Part shown: in pieces, positions 60,701 through 64,000 of the stretch
How positions within the stretch are numbered: position 1 is the stretch's first letter
How the letters are laid out: every line of letters starts with the position of its first letter
NCBI RefSeq assembly: GCF_006345805.1
Contig: NC_043002.1
Coordinates: 96,410,001-96,474,000, forward strand
Direction of reading: 5' to 3'
Length of the DNA stretch: 64,000 bases
Origin: Octopus sinensis
Lineage: Eukaryota
The notes under the pieces: generated by a model
The model's database searches: none
What the model saw: the letters and a program-made list of their open reading frames with translations, nothing else
Told to the model about the DNA's origin: nothing
Program-made: the position numbers and the translations under genes

Positions 60701-63700
60701 CCACCCACATGTAACAACACACTTTTCACCCACTCTACCCTGAGAAACCAAACTACAACCCCCCTCTTCTAAATTGCATCTTTCTCTTCCTCACATTTTC
60801 TCCTTATAAACTATGATTATTTTCCAATCCCCTTTCTTGCCCTCACTGCCCTGCTCACTGTATCACTACTCCCCAACACCCACACCCTATTTTTCTACCC
60901 ACATTCTGTGCTCAGATCCCTGTTATTTGTGAGTACACCCTAGCATTACAATATCTCTCTTCTGCTGTTTCCTACTCTCTCTCTCTCTCTCTTTCCCTTT
61001 GTCACACTCTCTCTCCTTCTCTTGTTTTTCTCTGACTAGGTAACTAAGTGTCTCCTTTACATCAGCACACTTGTTTCTGGCCTCTTTCTTGTGCCCCCTC
61101 TCTTTATTTTTTTCTCTCTTTCTCACACTGGGTAACCTCCTCTATAGCAAGACACCTATTTCTGCCTCTTTATTTCTGTTACACTGTAACCTTACATCCT
61201 CTGAAACTGGATCACCTCTTCTAATGCCCCCCTCTGCTATGGCAAGACACCTGCTGTCTCTTTGTCACGTTATCTTTTCATCCTCTGACACAAATGCCCC
61301 TGCCCCCTCTCATAATTCCTTGTCTAGCGAGTTACTTGGTTACCCTGCCAGTGCTGGTGCCACGTTAAAAGCATCCAGTCTACACTGTAACGTGGTTGGC
61401 ATTTAGAAGGGCATCCAGCTGTAAAAATCATGCCAAAACTAACCTTGTTTGTGCTAGTGCCACATAAAAAGCACTGAGTCCACTCTGCAGAATGACTGAT
61501 ATTAGGAAGGGCATCCAGCTGTAAAATCCCTACCAAAAAAGACAGAGTAGCATAGGGTAGTTTTTCTACTTGGCCAGCTCTTGTCAACTATCCTACCCAT
61601 GCATGCATGGAAAATGAAAGTTAAAAGATGATGATGAGGAGGAGGACACACACACATATCATCATCATCATTATTTTAACATTCACTTTTCCATGTTTGT
61701 ATGGGGTGGATGGAGTTTATTAAGGCAAATTTTCTATGACCAGAGACCATAGACCTTATTGCTAAGCCTCACTTGTTTCCAAGCAAGGCAATACTTCCCC
61801 ATGACCAGGGCGTTAGGAAGGGCATCCAGCTGTAGAAACTCTGCCAAATCGAGATTGGAACCTGGTGCAGCCATCTGGTTCACCAGCTCTCAGTCAAAAT
61901 CGTCCAACCCATGCTAGCATGGAAAGCAGACGTTAAACGATGATTGGAAATGAATGACACTCACAACTAATAGGAGGAATCAAAACAATGAGACACAAAC
62001 ATACATACACAGCAGATTTCTTTTAGTTTCTATCAATAAAATTCAATCACAAAGCACTGGTCAATCTGGTGCTATAATAGAAGACACTTGCCCAAAGTTC
62101 CACACAATGGAACTGAACCCAAAATTATGTGGTTGGCAAGCAAACTTCTTACTGAAGCAGATCTTCTCAGTAACAATATGCCAACAACACAAGAATATAC
62201 TATTATTCTTCAATCAGGGTGTAACTGTTTCAGTAAATGGTCTATAATATTTCTTAACATCTAATTATAAGTTATAAATATTTCCTTAGAGTAAAGTATT
62301 CATATTGCTAACTGCAAAGCACAAAATTCGTCCCTTTTTTTTTGTGTATTATACCATTCATTATAGACAAGTTTGTCATTTTTATGTTAAGTTGTCACAG
62401 AGAAGATATTGAAGAGGAAGAAATTCACTTTAAATTTTAAACCATCATTTGAAATGCAAGAGTAAACAAGAGATTCAGATGCAAACCTTTAAAACAAAGG
62501 TCAATTTTCACAGATTAACATGACAGGATGATATTTACATTAAGTCAAACCGTCCAACCCATGCCAGCATGGAAAGTAGATGTTAAATGATGATGATGAT
62601 ATACACATATACAATGAGCTTCTTTGGGTTTCTGTCTACTGAATACACTTACAAGGCTTTGGTTGACCCAGGGCTATAGTAGAAGACACTTGCATAAAAT
62701 GTCACACAGTGGGACTGAACCTGAAACCACATAGTTGCAAAGCAAGCTTCAAGACCACACAGCTAAGCCTGCGCTGCCTCAGCCAGAAAACTATGCCCAT
62801 ACCTTCTTGTAATATATTTTACTTTTGCAACAAATCATAAGAAAACCTTAAAAGCAACTTTCTAAACAACTAAATTGTAAGTTTAGTTTTAAGAACTACT
62901 AGGATAGCTTTTATTTTTTCCTACTATGAAACAAACCGTATGTAGAAATGATGGTATCATTTGTAATTAATCCCAAACAGTTCAGAATCATTTCTGAATA
63001 TCAATTTGGCCTTTACAAATAGATGATGCAACAATTATTCATCAACAGAACAGCAAATAATAAAACATCTGTTAAAATATTACTGTACAGGAAATTCAAT
63101 AAAATATTTTCCAACATTACAATTTGCATATTTATCTCCCTTATTCAACTGCATACCATTTAAGTCTAAGTTCTATATTGCAACTTAGCACAATTCCATG
63201 TCCATCTCTCATTGATAAAATAGCACCATGTTTTCATACATATCCTGCATGCAAGTTTATTTCCAACTTGAACTAAACTGTCTACTGAAATCCAAGATAT
63301 ACATGTTTTCACCCAACATAGATTAGCAGCAAAGATTAAAACCTTTTTGTCCTTATTGATTACTAATAGTAAGTTGTATCCGTTCTTTAAATCACCTGCA
63401 CTATTATCAGCTTGGCTAGCATTGCCAATTGTCTCTGCTGTAGGAAATGTTTCAACAGGATGTATAAAATATCAATTCATGCATAGACAAAGTGTACCAG
63501 CCAGGCATACAGGTGAAGATTCAAACATCAAATATCAGAACGGTTATGTCTTTTAGTTCTATTGCTCTTAACAACAATGGAACTTAATTATGAGAAATGG
63601 TAACATTTTGAGTTTAAAGCTCAGAAAATGTGACCAGCATGGCTGCACTGTTTAATTTCAAACAATCACTGGAAGGTTATAAAGCTTGATCTAAATGGAC

Positions 63701-64000
63701 TATTTTGGCTAATTGTCACAGCTAAAGACATTAAGATTTCAATAGGCACTGTGACAACACTATCAGTAATTTCAGTGGGAGAACCGACTCACATAAGGTG
63801 TTCTCTCTCTGATGAGTTCATATCTTATTCAGTTAAATTCTTCTGTGCTCCGTCAATTTCATAAAGTCATGTTTCTAATTTGTATATAGAACTTAAAATG
63901 AGTGATTACCAAAATATTCAAGAAGTAATGAATCCTAGAAAAGCAAAAAGAATGAATTTAACTATGCATGACAGTGACAGAGAAAGAGAGAGAGAGAGAG

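Noticed and set aside
63343-63560. Possible further AMFR exon ending ...INKDKK|GT
   Set aside because: In-frame TGA codons lie upstream, it ends in phase 0 while the next exon needs phase 1, and it has no RING or AMFR similarity. The plus-strand ORF is also unrecognisable.

Overview
AT-rich, microsatellite-dense animal genomic DNA. The repeat landscape (tRNA-derived SINEs, (ATG)n-tailed RTE LINE ends, Helitron and MITE remnants) looks like a coleoid cephalopod, probably Octopus; that assignment is inference. Two spliced genes lie on the minus strand. The first is the 5' half of ACADS (short-chain acyl-CoA dehydrogenase): coding exons 1-5 at 33893-33848, 16842-16697, 8012-7863, 4184-4073 and 310-195, continuing off the left edge. 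The second is the 3' end of AMFR/gp78 (ERAD E3 ligase): five exons from 60176 to 53935 encoding CUE, G2BR and VIM motifs, with the RING and TM exons off the right edge. The three most notable observations are: (1) a ~1.45-kb tandem duplication giving ACADS two identical, frame-preserving copies of exon 3, with a chimeric junction inside a foldback repeat; (2) both arms of that foldback repeat carry a minimal hammerhead-ribozyme-like motif of the Penelope type, with an unusual U at core position 6, and the arms are placed so they could pair across either exon copy; (3) between the genes, a ~3.8-kb segment bracketed by ~212-bp inverted repeats holds an orphan His/Gln/Ser-rich exon-like block and a decayed paralog whose substitutions are mostly synonymous. 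Most ORFs in the supplied track are microsatellite or repeat artefacts. All alignments were done by eye; repeat boundaries are approximate.
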